Assembly (NCBI GenBank): GCA_965237675.1
Contig: OZ250150.1
Span: forward strand, 3,392,001-3,456,000
Direction of reading: 5' to 3'
From: Candidatus Latescibacterota bacterium
GTDB lineage: Bacteria > Latescibacterota > UBA2968 > GCA-2709665
DNA length: 64,000 nt
Below are positions 27,844-37,505 of the stretch, piece by piece (the stretch's first letter is position 1; the number at the start of each line of letters is the position of its first letter). The notes under the pieces are model-generated. The model ran no database searches. It worked only from the letters and a program-made list of their open reading frames with translations, and had not been told where the DNA came from. A program made the position numbers and the translations under genes.

Positions 27844-28228
27844 GTGCGCGAAGATACTTATTCGTGCGGCGGAGCGCGATATCGAAGCGCTCAGATTCAT
27901 GCGCGATCCGGACGAAATCCCTGATGAGGTTTTCGGCTTTCACGTGCAGCAGGCCGCCGAGAAATCGCTCAAAGCGCACCTCGCCCTGCTGGGTGAGACG
28001 TACCCGCTCACCCACAATCTCGAAGCACTCCTTGACATTCTCGCCAGGCGTGGAGTCGCTAAGGACTCGTTCCGGGAGCTGATCAGTTACACACCCTACG
28101 CCGTCGAGTTTCGCTACCAGGGTGTCGGTCCTGATGCCGAGCCGATCTATCGGGAGGACGCTCTGAGGCTCGTAGAAACGCTGCTGCAACAGGTCACGCG
28201 GCAGTTGGCAAGAGCGGAAGGCGAATGA
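27830..28228 (+). CDS. HEPN domain protein
   Basis: FHVQQAAEKSLKA...YPLTHNL...YAVEFRY. Overlaps the MNT gene. Confidence 0.9.
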   Translation: MSDVKCAKILIRAAERDIEALRFMRDPDEIPDEVFGFHVQQAAEKSLKAHLALLGETYPLTHNLEALLDILARRGVAKDSFRELISYTPYAVEFRYQGVGPDAEPIYREDALRLVETLLQQVTRQLARAEGE

Positions 28229-28372
28229 GGAAGGTCGAGGAGGCAGCTCTGGCCTCGTTTGCAGGCCTTCACGAACAGTGATCGCGCGGCGTCGGCGTGG
28301 AGCTTCGCGCGTTCGTGATACCCCAAACGGTTGTCAATACTTACACGATCCAATTGGAGCCGATAGCACTAT

Positions 28373-29647
28373 ATGCCCCGTCTTCGCTTTGTACATGCCG
28401 CTGATCTGCATCTTGATAGTCCTTTTGTCGGGATAAAGGCCGTGGCTCCCGACAACGTGGCCGACGCACTTCAGGATGCGACCTTCGGCGCCTACGAGAA
28501 CATCATCAACCTGTGCATCGACGAGGGTGTAGACGCGCTGCTCGTCGCGGGTGACGTGTACGATTCGACCGACCGGAGCCTGCGCGCGCAACTCAAGTTC
28601 GCAGATGGCCTGAAACGGCTGGACGAGGCCGGCATACGTTCTTTCGTCTGCCACGGCAATCACGATCCGCTAAGCGGTTGGGAAGCGCGGCTGGACTATC
28701 CGCCAGGCTGTACGCGCTTTGGTTCGGAGTCTGAAGCCGTGCCGGTATTCGAGGACAATCCCGAACGCGCGGTCGTGCACGGCATCAGCTATCCGACACG
28801 AGACGTCTACGACAACCTGGCGCCGCGTCTCGGCAAAGGCGATCCCGAAGCGTTCTCTATCGGTCTGATGCACGCCAATGTAGGTAGCGACACTACCCAT
28901 GTGAACTACGCGCCCTGCTCGCTCGAAGATCTTGAACGGTCGGGGATAGACTACTGGGCGCTCGGACACGTGCATGGGAGGCATGTTATCAGCGAGCGGT
29001 CCCCGACCGTGGTCTATCCGGGCAACCCCCAGGGCAGGCATCCCAACGAGCCCGGTGCGCGCGGCGTGTATCTCGTCGAGGTGGACGATGACGGCGACGT
29101 CCGCCTGGACTTCAGGGCCGTGGACACCGTGCGGTGGGAGCGGCTCGTCCTGGACATCTCCCCTATGGAGACGGAGCAGGACCTGATTGACGGGATCCAC
29201 CAGAGCATTGATGACACTTTGAATGCCACGAACGGCGCGTCAGTCGTGCTGAGGATCGCGTTGGCTGGTAGGGGTGGTCTGCATAACGGACTTCGACAGA
29301 CCGGCTTCATAGAAGATATTATGGAAAGCATAAACCGCGAATGGGCGAAACGTGCCCCCTTCGCGTGGTGTGAGCGCATCGAAGACGAGACCGCGGCCCA
29401 GTTCAACCGGGAGGAGCGCGTCGAAGGCTCCGACTTTTTGGCCGAGGTGCTCAAGACCGCGGATCGCGCGAAGAAAGACCCCGACCTGCTAGCCCGTCTG
29501 CAGGATGGACTTTCCGATCTCTACCAGCACCACCGTTATCGCCAGCATCTATCCGACCACGCCCCCAGCAACGATGACCTTTCCACGTTGATCGATGAGG
29601 CTGAGGCAATCGTCGTAAACCTGCTGGCAGGGGATGACGACGCATGA
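28373..29647 (+). CDS. Mre11/SbcD-like metallophosphoesterase nuclease (YhaO family)
   Basis: ADLHLD, AGDVYD, GNHD, LMHAN, ALGHVH, YPGNPQGR. Confidence 0.92.
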   Translation: MPRLRFVHAADLHLDSPFVGIKAVAPDNVADALQDATFGAYENIINLCIDEGVDALLVAGDVYDSTDRSLRAQLKFADGLKRLDEAGIRSFVCHGNHDPLSGWEARLDYPPGCTRFGSESEAVPVFEDNPERAVVHGISYPTRDVYDNLAPRLGKGDPEAFSIGLMHANVGSDTTHVNYAPCSLEDLERSGIDYWALGHVHGRHVISERSPTVVYPGNPQGRHPNEPGARGVYLVEVDDDGDVRLDFRAVDTVRWERLVLDISPMETEQDLIDGIHQSIDDTLNATNGASVVLRIALAGRGGLHNGLRQTGFIEDIMESINREWAKRAPFAWCERIEDETAAQFNREERVEGSDFLAEVLKTADRAKKDPDLLARLQDGLSDLYQHHRYRQHLSDHAPSNDDLSTLIDEAEAIVVNLLAGDDDA

Positions 29648-32600
29648 AGATCCGAGACATTCGCATCGACGGGTTCGGTCAGTTCGCAGGTACGCAATTT
29701 GGCCCGCTGGAGCGATCCGTGACCGTCCTCTACGGTCCCAACGAGGCGGGCAAGAGCACGCTGTTGGCGTTCGTCCGGAGGGTGCTTTTCGGATTTCCCC
29801 GCAAGAGCGGGAAGGTCAACGCCTATCCGGCGTTGGCCGGGGGGAGCTATGGAGGACACATCACCATCGAAGGCTCGGACGGTGGTGTGTACGACGTGCG
29901 CAGAACGACGGGAAAGAGTTATGGCGGAGACGTTGTCCTGAGTTTGGCAACAGGCGACACGCTCCCCGAATCTGAACTGGCGAAGTTGCTGGGGCACCAC
30001 TCACGGGACGTCTTTGAGCGGGTATTCGCGTTTACTCTTGACGATCTCTACAGCGAAGACTTGCTGAGGGACGCGAACGTCAACAGCCAAATATATAGTG
30101 CAGGCATGGGCGTAACTTCACTTCCGAACGCCGCGAGGTCGATCGAGTCCTCCCGCGTAGGAATTTTTCTAAAAGGTGGGAGCAGCCAAAAGACATACGA
30201 GGTCTACAGTAATATCGAAAAGATAGACGACAGGCTGCGGGATGTCGCAAATATCGCGACAAATTACGGGGAACTTGCCGATCGCCTTCAACAGGTCGAG
30301 GTCGAGCTCGAAAGTCTGGCTGTCCGGCGGCGAGAGATTCAATCTCGGTATAACCGTCAGATAGCGCTTCAGAATGCCTGGGACGGTTGGAATGACCTGA
30401 AATCCGCCGAGCAAGAATTGGCTGGCATACCGGCTATCGACACCTTCCCCGCGGATGGTGTGAATCGGCTGGAAGCATTACAGGAGCGCGTCAGGGCCGC
30501 TCGGCGGGAGTACGAGTCAGCGGAACAACGAGTGTCTGAGGCCGAACGCGCAGCGGACGTCCGGGTAGAGCACGAGGCTATTCTGGAGTACTCGGCCGAC
30601 GTCCGCCGTCTGCAAAATGGCCGAACCGCTTTCCATGGCTCTGTCAACGACCTCCCGGAACGTGAGACCGAGCTTGAAGGCCATATGAGAACCCTGGCCG
30701 TAACCATGAAAGGCCTGGGACCCGACTGGGACGATGCCCGGTTGGAAGAATTCGACCTCTCATTAGCCGTCCGCCAGGAGATCTCCGAGCATGGTGAGCG
30801 ATTGCGCGACGCTTCCGCGGAGTATTCGAGCCGCAGGTCGAGACTCGGTCAGGACAGGGCCGCATTGGTGGAGGCCATAGACGCGGAGAGCAAGGCGCAA
30901 CTAGAATTCGAGGTGTCCATGACGCCGGGCCTGGATGCAGAGCAGATATTACAGCAACGCAACCTGGCGCGCGCCACAAAAGCGCAACTCGATGAAATCG
31001 GCCGGCAGCGACAGAACGTGCGGAATCTGCAGACTCAACTCGATGGCTTGGAGAGTGCAGCAACCTCGGACGGAGCGGCAGGCGGTGCCAGGACCGTCGC
31101 GGCGATCAGCCTCGTTTTCGGGTTTGGGCTCCTGATCGCAGGAGGGGTTCTCGGCGGAACGACTCTATATATCGGCGCCGCGGCTGGCATTGCGCTTGTC
31201 AGCGTGGGCATATACCTGTTTGTGTCTCGAAAGTCCGGACCAATGGTTGCCGGGGAATCGCCGCTCGCAGGCCCTATTCGCGAGTCCCTTCGCCGCGCCG
31301 AAGCGGACATCGAGGATCTCCAGTCCAGGATGACGCAGGACGCAATGGCCCTCGGCCTCGAAGTGATAGATGAATCGTCCCTCCTCGCCGCCGAGGCGTT
31401 CAATGACGGACAGGAGGGCAAGCTCAGGGAACGGACTCGGCTCAATGATGCGCTCGAGGGCGTGAAGGACCTGGTAAACCAGAGACAGACCCGTGCCGAA
31501 GAGTCCGCTGCCGGCGTCGAGGATGCGGAGCGGCAGTTGGACGCGGCGCAGCGTGAATGGAACGAATGGTTATCGGCGCGTGGTCTGTTGGAAACCTTCA
31601 CACCAGAGACGGCCGATGTGCTGCAAAGTCAGGTCGAGCTTGGACGCAGCCACCTTGAAGATGTGCGAAGCTGGCAGCAGCGCATCGAGGCCATCCAGAA
31701 GGACATCGACGAATACGTTGAGGCTGTTGAACCGCTTGCTACGGCCTTCGATGTCACATTTGAACGGAACGACTCGCGCACCGTTGCCGATGCCGCGGAC
31801 AGGCTCGTCGAGTTGCTGGTAGAGGTCACGGAGAGCATCAGGCAACGGGCCGCTGCGGAAGCGGAGTTAGAGGAAGTGAAACTCCAATTGGAAGAGCGCA
31901 GGAGCGACCTCCAAAAGGCAGAAGAGGAGCTTGACCACCTACTCCAATCAGGCGGCGCCGAGGACGCCGAAGCGTTCCGCGTGCTCGCAGGTCTTTCCGA
32001 AAAGCGAACGGAACTCGAAGAGAAGGCTCGTGCGGCGCTTGACCGGCTTCAGCGCATTAGCGGTCCGGGCAAACCGCTAGAAAACCTAATGGTCGATCTC
32101 GCTGACACGGATTCCCAGTCTATCGCCGACGAGATAGACGGGCAGGAGGAAGAAAGGGCCATTGCCAACGCCCGGCGTGAGGAGTTGTCGACAGAGCGTG
32201 GCTCTATCCGGGCCGATCTGAAAGGGCTCATGGGCGAGGAAGAGTCGTCCCGACTTCGGATGGAGCGAAACGTACTCCTGGAGCAGATCAAGGACCACGC
32301 CCGGGAATGGACCCGGCTAACGCTTGCCCGTAACCTGCTTGAAGAAGCGCGGCGAAAGTTCGAGCAAGAACGGCAGCCGGGAGTCGTCCGTCACGCTGAG
32401 GAATTCTTCACTGCGATCACCAATGGACGGTACCGGCAGGTTTACGCACCTCTCGGTGAACAAACGATCACGGTTACAGACACCGACGGGCGAACGAAAC
32501 AGCCGACCGAACTCAGCCGTGGCACTCGGGAGCAGTTGTTCCTGTCGCTCCGTTTCGGGCTGATTCGCGAGCTTGGAGAGCGAACGGAGCCGCTCCCCGT

Positions 32601-32787
32601 CGTCGTGGACGAGGTCCTGGTGAATTTCGATCCCGAACGCGCGCTTAGGGCCGCCACCGCCTTCACGGAGCTATCCAAAACCAACCAGGTGCTGGTCTTT
32701 ACCTGCCATCCGACGGTCGTCGATTTGTTCAAAAACGCGGCCTCCAAGGCGGGCGTTGAGAAGCCGGACGTATTACAGATCAAGTGA
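29644..32787 (+). CDS. Rad50/SMC-like coiled-coil ATPase with two central TM helices (YhaN family)
   Basis: GPNEAGKST, long coiled coil, hydrophobic hairpin VAAISLVFGFGLLIAGG...LVSVGIYLFV, LSRGTREQL, VVVDEVLVNFD, FTCH. ATGA overlap with the upstream gene. Confidence 0.9.
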   Translation: MKIRDIRIDGFGQFAGTQFGPLERSVTVLYGPNEAGKSTLLAFVRRVLFGFPRKSGKVNAYPALAGGSYGGHITIEGSDGGVYDVRRTTGKSYGGDVVLSLATGDTLPESELAKLLGHHSRDVFERVFAFTLDDLYSEDLLRDANVNSQIYSAGMGVTSLPNAARSIESSRVGIFLKGGSSQKTYEVYSNIEKIDDRLRDVANIATNYGELADRLQQVEVELESLAVRRREIQSRYNRQIALQNAWDGWNDLKSAEQELAGIPAIDTFPADGVNRLEALQERVRAARREYESAEQRVSEAERAADVRVEHEAILEYSADVRRLQNGRTAFHGSVNDLPERETELEGHMRTLAVTMKGLGPDWDDARLEEFDLSLAVRQEISEHGERLRDASAEYSSRRSRLGQDRAALVEAIDAESKAQLEFEVSMTPGLDAEQILQQRNLARATKAQLDEIGRQRQNVRNLQTQLDGLESAATSDGAAGGARTVAAISLVFGFGLLIAGGVLGGTTLYIGAAAGIALVSVGIYLFVSRKSGPMVAGESPLAGPIRESLRRAEADIEDLQSRMTQDAMALGLEVIDESSLLAAEAFNDGQEGKLRERTRLNDALEGVKDLVNQRQTRAEESAAGVEDAERQLDAAQREWNEWLSARGLLETFTPETADVLQSQVELGRSHLEDVRSWQQRIEAIQKDIDEYVEAVEPLATAFDVTFERNDSRTVADAADRLVELLVEVTESIRQRAAAEAELEEVKLQLEERRSDLQKAEEELDHLLQSGGAEDAEAFRVLAGLSEKRTELEEKARAALDRLQRISGPGKPLENLMVDLADTDSQSIADEIDGQEEERAIANARREELSTERGSIRADLKGLMGEEESSRLRMERNVLLEQIKDHAREWTRLTLARNLLEEARRKFEQERQPGVVRHAEEFFTAITNGRYRQVYAPLGEQTITVTDTDGRTKQPTELSRGTREQLFLSLRFGLIRELGERTEPLPVVVDEVLVNFDPERALRAATAFTELSKTNQVLVFTCHPTVVDLFKNAASKAGVEKPDVLQIK

Positions 32788-32929
32788 GTTGCCTGATTCC
32801 AGAATCCATTCCGCATTTCGTCGACTGCGCACTGTGGCGGGCCCATTGGTAATTCAACGAACGGCCGGCGACAGTATCCTACAAATCGTCTGATCGACCC
32901 ACGCCCCACCCCATCCAAATTCTCCGGTC

Positions 32930-34765
32930 TTACCCTTCGTACCATCCCGCCTGCAGGGCCCACATCCGGGCGTACTCTCCGCTTCGGGCGACCAGTTCAT
33001 CGTGGGTTCCTGCTTCGATCAGCCGCCCTTCCTTGAGGACGAGGATCCGGTCGCACATCCGCGCCGAGCCCAGCCGATGGGAAACCACGACCGTCGTGCG
33101 CCCGCCGGCCATGGCAAGAAAGCGCCGGAACACGTCGGCCTCGGCTTTCGGATCCAGGGAGGCGGTCGGTTCGTCGAGGACGACGAGGTCGGCGTCCCGC
33201 ATGAAGCCCCTGGAAATCGCAACCCGCTGCCACTCCCCGCCTGACAACTCCGTGCCGCCTTCGAACTCCCTGCCAAGCAGGGTATCGTAGCCCTCCGGGA
33301 GCCGGCTGGCCACGGCGTCCGCTCCGCCCCGGCGCGCCGCGGTTTCGATTTCGGCCTGCTCTCGCATCCGCTCCCAGCGACCAAAACCGATGTTCTCTCC
33401 CAAAGTGAAGGCGAAACGGGTATAATCCTGGAAGACCGCCGTTGACTGGTCCCGGAACTGGTGGCGGTTTGCCCGTTCCGCCGGGAGGTCGCCGTAAAAA
33501 AGCTCGCCGGTGGTGGGGTGGAACAGCCCCAGCAGGAGCTTGACGAGGGTGGTTTTGCCTGAGCCGTTCGCGCCAACCAGGGCCACGCGCTCTCCCGGAC
33601 GGATGGTTAGGGTGACTTCCTGGAGAGCGTAGCGCTGCGACTGAGGATAGCGGAAGGAAAGGCCCCGAGCGACGATTGGCGTCCTGTCGAGGGAGGTGAC
33701 GGCCGCGCCCCCTGGGGGCTCTTCCGGGCCCAGATCCAGGTAGATGAACAGGTCGGCGATGTTCAACAGCCGGATTCCAAGGTAGCCGATCCGGGAGATG
33801 ACCCGGTCGACGCTTTGGCGCACCTGGCGCAGAGCGACGATCATGGCGGCGAACTGTCCCGCCGACAGCCCACCCTCGAGGGCCGCCCACGCCGACCAGC
33901 CAACGCCGGCGGCGAACGCGAGGAGGCTGAAAGCCGACAGGACCCCTCGTAGGGCCCAGTTCCTGCGAAGTTGCTGATAGATGGCCTTGGCAACTCGCCA
34001 ATAGAGGTACTCCCACCAGCCGGTCAGGGCGGGACCCAGGCCGAACACCCGCACCTCGTTGGCGGCCTCCCGCTCCGTTAGCGTCCTTTCCAGGTACCCG
34101 CGCAGCCGCTGCGCCTGCGTCGACCGTCGAAACGTGTAAAACCTGCCCCGGTCGTGGATAATGCTCATCATGGGAGGCGGCAGCGAGACCAGGACGATGG
34201 CAACGAGGAGCAGCGGGTCCCACAGAGCGACGACGACGGCGACGGAGACCGCCGTCACTGTTCCGGTAAAGATCGATCGGATTTCGCCGAAGAGGTTCAG
34301 GAAAAAGCCGGGTTTGGCTGCCTCCTGGGCGCGGCGCAGGAGATCGTGGAAATCGGCCCGCTCGAAGGTCTCCAGGTGAAGCGCCCGGGACTTGACCTGG
34401 AGTTGTTCAAGCAGCCGATCCTCCAGTTCCTGCTTCACTCGCTCGAGCAAAATCAATCGGGTCCAGGTCTGAATGCCGGTTTCTGCCACGATAACGGCCG
34501 CCCACAGGGCCAGCCACGGGAACATGGCATTGACCGGTAGCTGGCCCTCGTACACGCCGAGGCCACGATCGAACAGTTCCCGTACGACCCAGACCGTCGC
34601 GGCGGGTAGCAGACCGGTCGTAAACTCCAGTATAAGGGACGTGACTGCCCGCCACGGATCGGTGCGGATCATCCAGTCCAGGAAGCGGATGAGGGTCCGG
34701 GGACCGCGAGGGCGCTCCAGAATGGGATCGGGTTCTACCGGTACCACGATGCCTGTTCCTCCCAC
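32930..34765 (-). CDS. ABC exporter half-transporter (TMD+NBD)
   Basis: GANGSGKT, LSGGEWQR, VVLDEP, SHRL. N-terminal TM helices. Confidence 0.93.
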   Translation of the reverse strand: MGGTGIVVPVEPDPILERPRGPRTLIRFLDWMIRTDPWRAVTSLILEFTTGLLPAATVWVVRELFDRGLGVYEGQLPVNAMFPWLALWAAVIVAETGIQTWTRLILLERVKQELEDRLLEQLQVKSRALHLETFERADFHDLLRRAQEAAKPGFFLNLFGEIRSIFTGTVTAVSVAVVVALWDPLLLVAIVLVSLPPPMMSIIHDRGRFYTFRRSTQAQRLRGYLERTLTEREAANEVRVFGLGPALTGWWEYLYWRVAKAIYQQLRRNWALRGVLSAFSLLAFAAGVGWSAWAALEGGLSAGQFAAMIVALRQVRQSVDRVISRIGYLGIRLLNIADLFIYLDLGPEEPPGGAAVTSLDRTPIVARGLSFRYPQSQRYALQEVTLTIRPGERVALVGANGSGKTTLVKLLLGLFHPTTGELFYGDLPAERANRHQFRDQSTAVFQDYTRFAFTLGENIGFGRWERMREQAEIETAARRGGADAVASRLPEGYDTLLGREFEGGTELSGGEWQRVAISRGFMRDADLVVLDEPTASLDPKAEADVFRRFLAMAGGRTTVVVSHRLGSARMCDRILVLKEGRLIEAGTHDELVARSGEYARMWALQAGWYEG

Positions 34766-36648
34766 ATTCCGGCGTACACGCCTCCGGTCGCCAGCAGGTC
34801 GTCGTGCCGACCCTCCTCGACGATGCGACCGTCCCGCAGCACCAGGATGCGATCGGCCATGCGGGCGGAGCCGAGCCGGTGGCTGATCAGCAGGGCGGTA
34901 CGCCCCTCAAGCAGTTCGGCGAACTGCCGGTAGAGCCCCGCCTCCGCCACGGCATCGAGGGCCGCGGCCGGCTCGTCGAGGATGAGCAATTCCGGATCGC
35001 GGGTGAAGGCGCGGGCGATGGCGATGCGCTGCCATTCGCCGCCGGACAGCCCCTGCCCGCCGTCGAGGACGTGCCCGATCGGGGTGTCGTAACCATTGGG
35101 AAGCCGTTCCGCGAGCTCGTCGGCGCCAGAGCGGCGCGCTGCCTCCGCGACCACCGACATGTCAGGGTGTAGCCACGAGGGCCATAGTTCGGCGGCAGGC
35201 CCATCTCCCGAGTTACCCAATGTACCGATGCCGATGGATTGTCCCAGGGTGAGTTCGAACCGGCAGTAGTCCTGGAAAGCGGCGCTCACGGCGTCTGACA
35301 GGCTGTCGGGGTCAATATCAACATAATCCAGACCATCGGCTGTCACGCGCCCCGCGGTGGGGGGGTAGAGACCGAGGAGGATCCTGGCCAGGGTGGACTT
35401 TCCGGCGCCGTTGTCGCCGACGAGGGCGACACGTTCGCCCGGGGCCAGGTGGAAGCTGACTCCCCGCAGCACGGGCGGGGCCGCATCCCCGGAAGCGGCT
35501 GCCGGGTAGGCAAAGTGGACGCCGTCGACGATAATACCACTCTTAATTGGCCTCGGAAACGCGGCGGATGGGGGTCCGCCTTTTTTACCCGGGGTTCGGG
35601 TCTTGGGGTCGACTCCGTCGGACAGGTCGAAGAAATCACGTACGTAACCGACTTCGGCCGAGTGGGCCTGCAGCTCCCGGGAATTGTGGCCGAGACTGGC
35701 GCCGGCGCCCAGCATGTCGTCGACACCCTGAAAAAGCGCCACGAATTGTCCGGGTGTGAGTAACCGGACTCCGAGCAGGTATGCGAGGAGGCCTGCGACG
35801 CCGAGGCCCACGGCGACACGCAGCCCGGTGGCCGGCAGGCCTCCGATGACCTGGCGCTGGCGTTGGTCCAACAGCCGCTCCCTCAGTGCCCGTCGCATCG
35901 AGCGCCAGCGTTCGGTGAGCGGCGCGTGCAGGGCGAAGAGGCGCATCTCCTTCTGTTCGGTACGCCCGGTCAGGATGCGGTCGACGTAACCGGCCCGGCG
36001 CTCCTCCTGCGTTTCGCCGTAGGTAAAAGCCATGAACATGCGGCTCTGCTCCATCTCCAGACGGACCTGCGGCGCCAGTACGGCCAGCAGGACGAAGGTA
36101 ATCCACGGCGAAACCGCGGCGAACATGGCAGCCACGGAGACCGCCTTGATCGCGGCCTCGAATACGTGCAGGGTCGTGAAGAATAGCCGATCCAGCTTCC
36201 GCCCGGGATCCCGGGCCCGCTCGAGGCGGTCGTACGTCTCACTGACGTCGAAGAACAGCAGGGGCAGCCGGGAGGAACGTTCCAGAAGTCGGCGGCCCAT
36301 GAGATGGGAAAGGTTCTGTTCCAGCCGGAGATGGAGGACGTCCCGCACGTTCCAGAGCACCTCTCTGGTGAGTAGAAGGATCACGCCGAAGGCAATCAGC
36401 CACGGGAGAATATCGCCGAAGCCCGAGGTCCCGCCGTCGGCTGCGTCGACCACGGTGTCGACGAGGTTCCTGGTGACGTGGATGAGCAGGGCGGGTTGGA
36501 TGCCCAGCAGGATGTGCACAGCGATCAGACAAAGCGCCGCCATCCTCGCATGAGCCCATATGTGGCGCCATCCCCAACGCAGGGTTGCCCTGATCGCTGT
36601 GGCGTTCTCGCGTCGGTTCCAAAAATCGAGGTCCGATCGCGGCAGCAT
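34735..36648 (-). CDS. ABC exporter half-transporter (TMD+NBD)
   Basis: GDNGAGKS, LSGGEWQR, LILDEP, SHRL. AGGGAG RBS. Confidence 0.93.
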   Translation of the reverse strand: MLPRSDLDFWNRRENATAIRATLRWGWRHIWAHARMAALCLIAVHILLGIQPALLIHVTRNLVDTVVDAADGGTSGFGDILPWLIAFGVILLLTREVLWNVRDVLHLRLEQNLSHLMGRRLLERSSRLPLLFFDVSETYDRLERARDPGRKLDRLFFTTLHVFEAAIKAVSVAAMFAAVSPWITFVLLAVLAPQVRLEMEQSRMFMAFTYGETQEERRAGYVDRILTGRTEQKEMRLFALHAPLTERWRSMRRALRERLLDQRQRQVIGGLPATGLRVAVGLGVAGLLAYLLGVRLLTPGQFVALFQGVDDMLGAGASLGHNSRELQAHSAEVGYVRDFFDLSDGVDPKTRTPGKKGGPPSAAFPRPIKSGIIVDGVHFAYPAAASGDAAPPVLRGVSFHLAPGERVALVGDNGAGKSTLARILLGLYPPTAGRVTADGLDYVDIDPDSLSDAVSAAFQDYCRFELTLGQSIGIGTLGNSGDGPAAELWPSWLHPDMSVVAEAARRSGADELAERLPNGYDTPIGHVLDGGQGLSGGEWQRIAIARAFTRDPELLILDEPAAALDAVAEAGLYRQFAELLEGRTALLISHRLGSARMADRILVLRDGRIVEEGRHDDLLATGGVYAGMWEEQASWYR

Positions 36649-36781
36649 ACGACGCTCCCTGTAGGTGCGCGTGTATGGGAGAAAGCTCCACGGATGCCTG
36701 CCCGATTAAGATAGGTCATCCAGCGCACGAATCCAACGAAAAAATAGACCGTAAATACTTATTATTAAAAAATTTATATAC

Positions 36782-36810
36782 TTGACTTCCGAGTAGCTTT
36801 TTGTTATATT
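36782..36810 (+). promoter_or_regulatory. Near-consensus sigma70 promoter with extended -10 and AT-rich UP region
   Basis: TTGACT-17 nt-TATATT with TG at the extended -10 position, preceded by attattaaaaaatttatata. Confidence 0.75.
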
Positions 36811-36826
36811 ATTATTGTGGAAAATC

Positions 36827-36868
36827 AAAGAGGGAGTTGGAGATATATATCTTCAACTCCCTCTTTTT
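36827..36868 (+). terminator. 40-nt near-perfect palindrome with T-tract (intrinsic terminator-like, possibly bidirectional)
   Basis: AAAGAGGGAGTTGGAGATATATATCTTCAACTCCCTCTTT followed by TT. Confidence 0.75.
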
Positions 36869-37228
36869 AGTCTCTTTAATTCGGCCTTCGTAACCGTCCG
36901 GGGCACCAGACCGGAGAGGTATATCGTTCAACAGAATGGCTATGCAACGCAATCAGTCGGGTACCGGTGGGGCAGTTGTCGACGAACCTTGAAGACTGTC
37001 AACCACCGGATCGTACGTGTTCTCGGCCCTTTCGTTCACCGTGGTTACAGCTCGTGCTGCACCTTGTCTATCGACCAGTTCGATCACCCGTTTCGGTGTC
37101 GCGATGCCTCCGTCTCTATGGGCTACAACCGGCGACCATGGACGCATATCGGTATTGGGATCGGCACGATGTGGATGGCGCCCCGCCGCGTGAACCTTGA
37201 ACGGCAATCCCGCCGATTCGTCTCCCCT

Positions 37229-37408
37229 CTATGATCGTTCATGCAGATATCGCTCTGCGTAAATATCCAACACTTTTCGGATCATGCTCTGATAGGGTAC
37301 GCCATTCTCCCGGGCGCTCGACTTGAAGAAATCGACGCTTCTTTTGTTGAGATCAAGAGTCACGCGCACGGTTTCATCTTTAAGGACAAGCTGGTCGGGA
37401 GACGGCAA
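37229..37408 (-). pseudogene. BrnA/CopG-like RHH antitoxin, 5' truncated
   Basis: Not in the ORF track. Hand translation LPSPDQLVLKDETVRVTLDLNKRSVDFFKSSARENGVPYQSMIRKVLDIYAERYLHERS*. In-frame stop shortly upstream, no toxin gene. Confidence 0.7.
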
Positions 37409-37505
37409 CTGACTGCTCCAGCAGGAACTGTTGTCAATAGATTACTCTATATTGTGAAATGAGGAATTGCTGGGATGCGGAGCAGGCACGAGGCCGCGCT
37501 GAACG

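Noticed and set aside
36815-37234. 139-aa + strand ORF downstream of the strong promoter
   Set aside because: It reads through the palindrome/T-tract, has no RBS and no recognisable protein features. It is probably spurious, though a leaderless start cannot be fully excluded.
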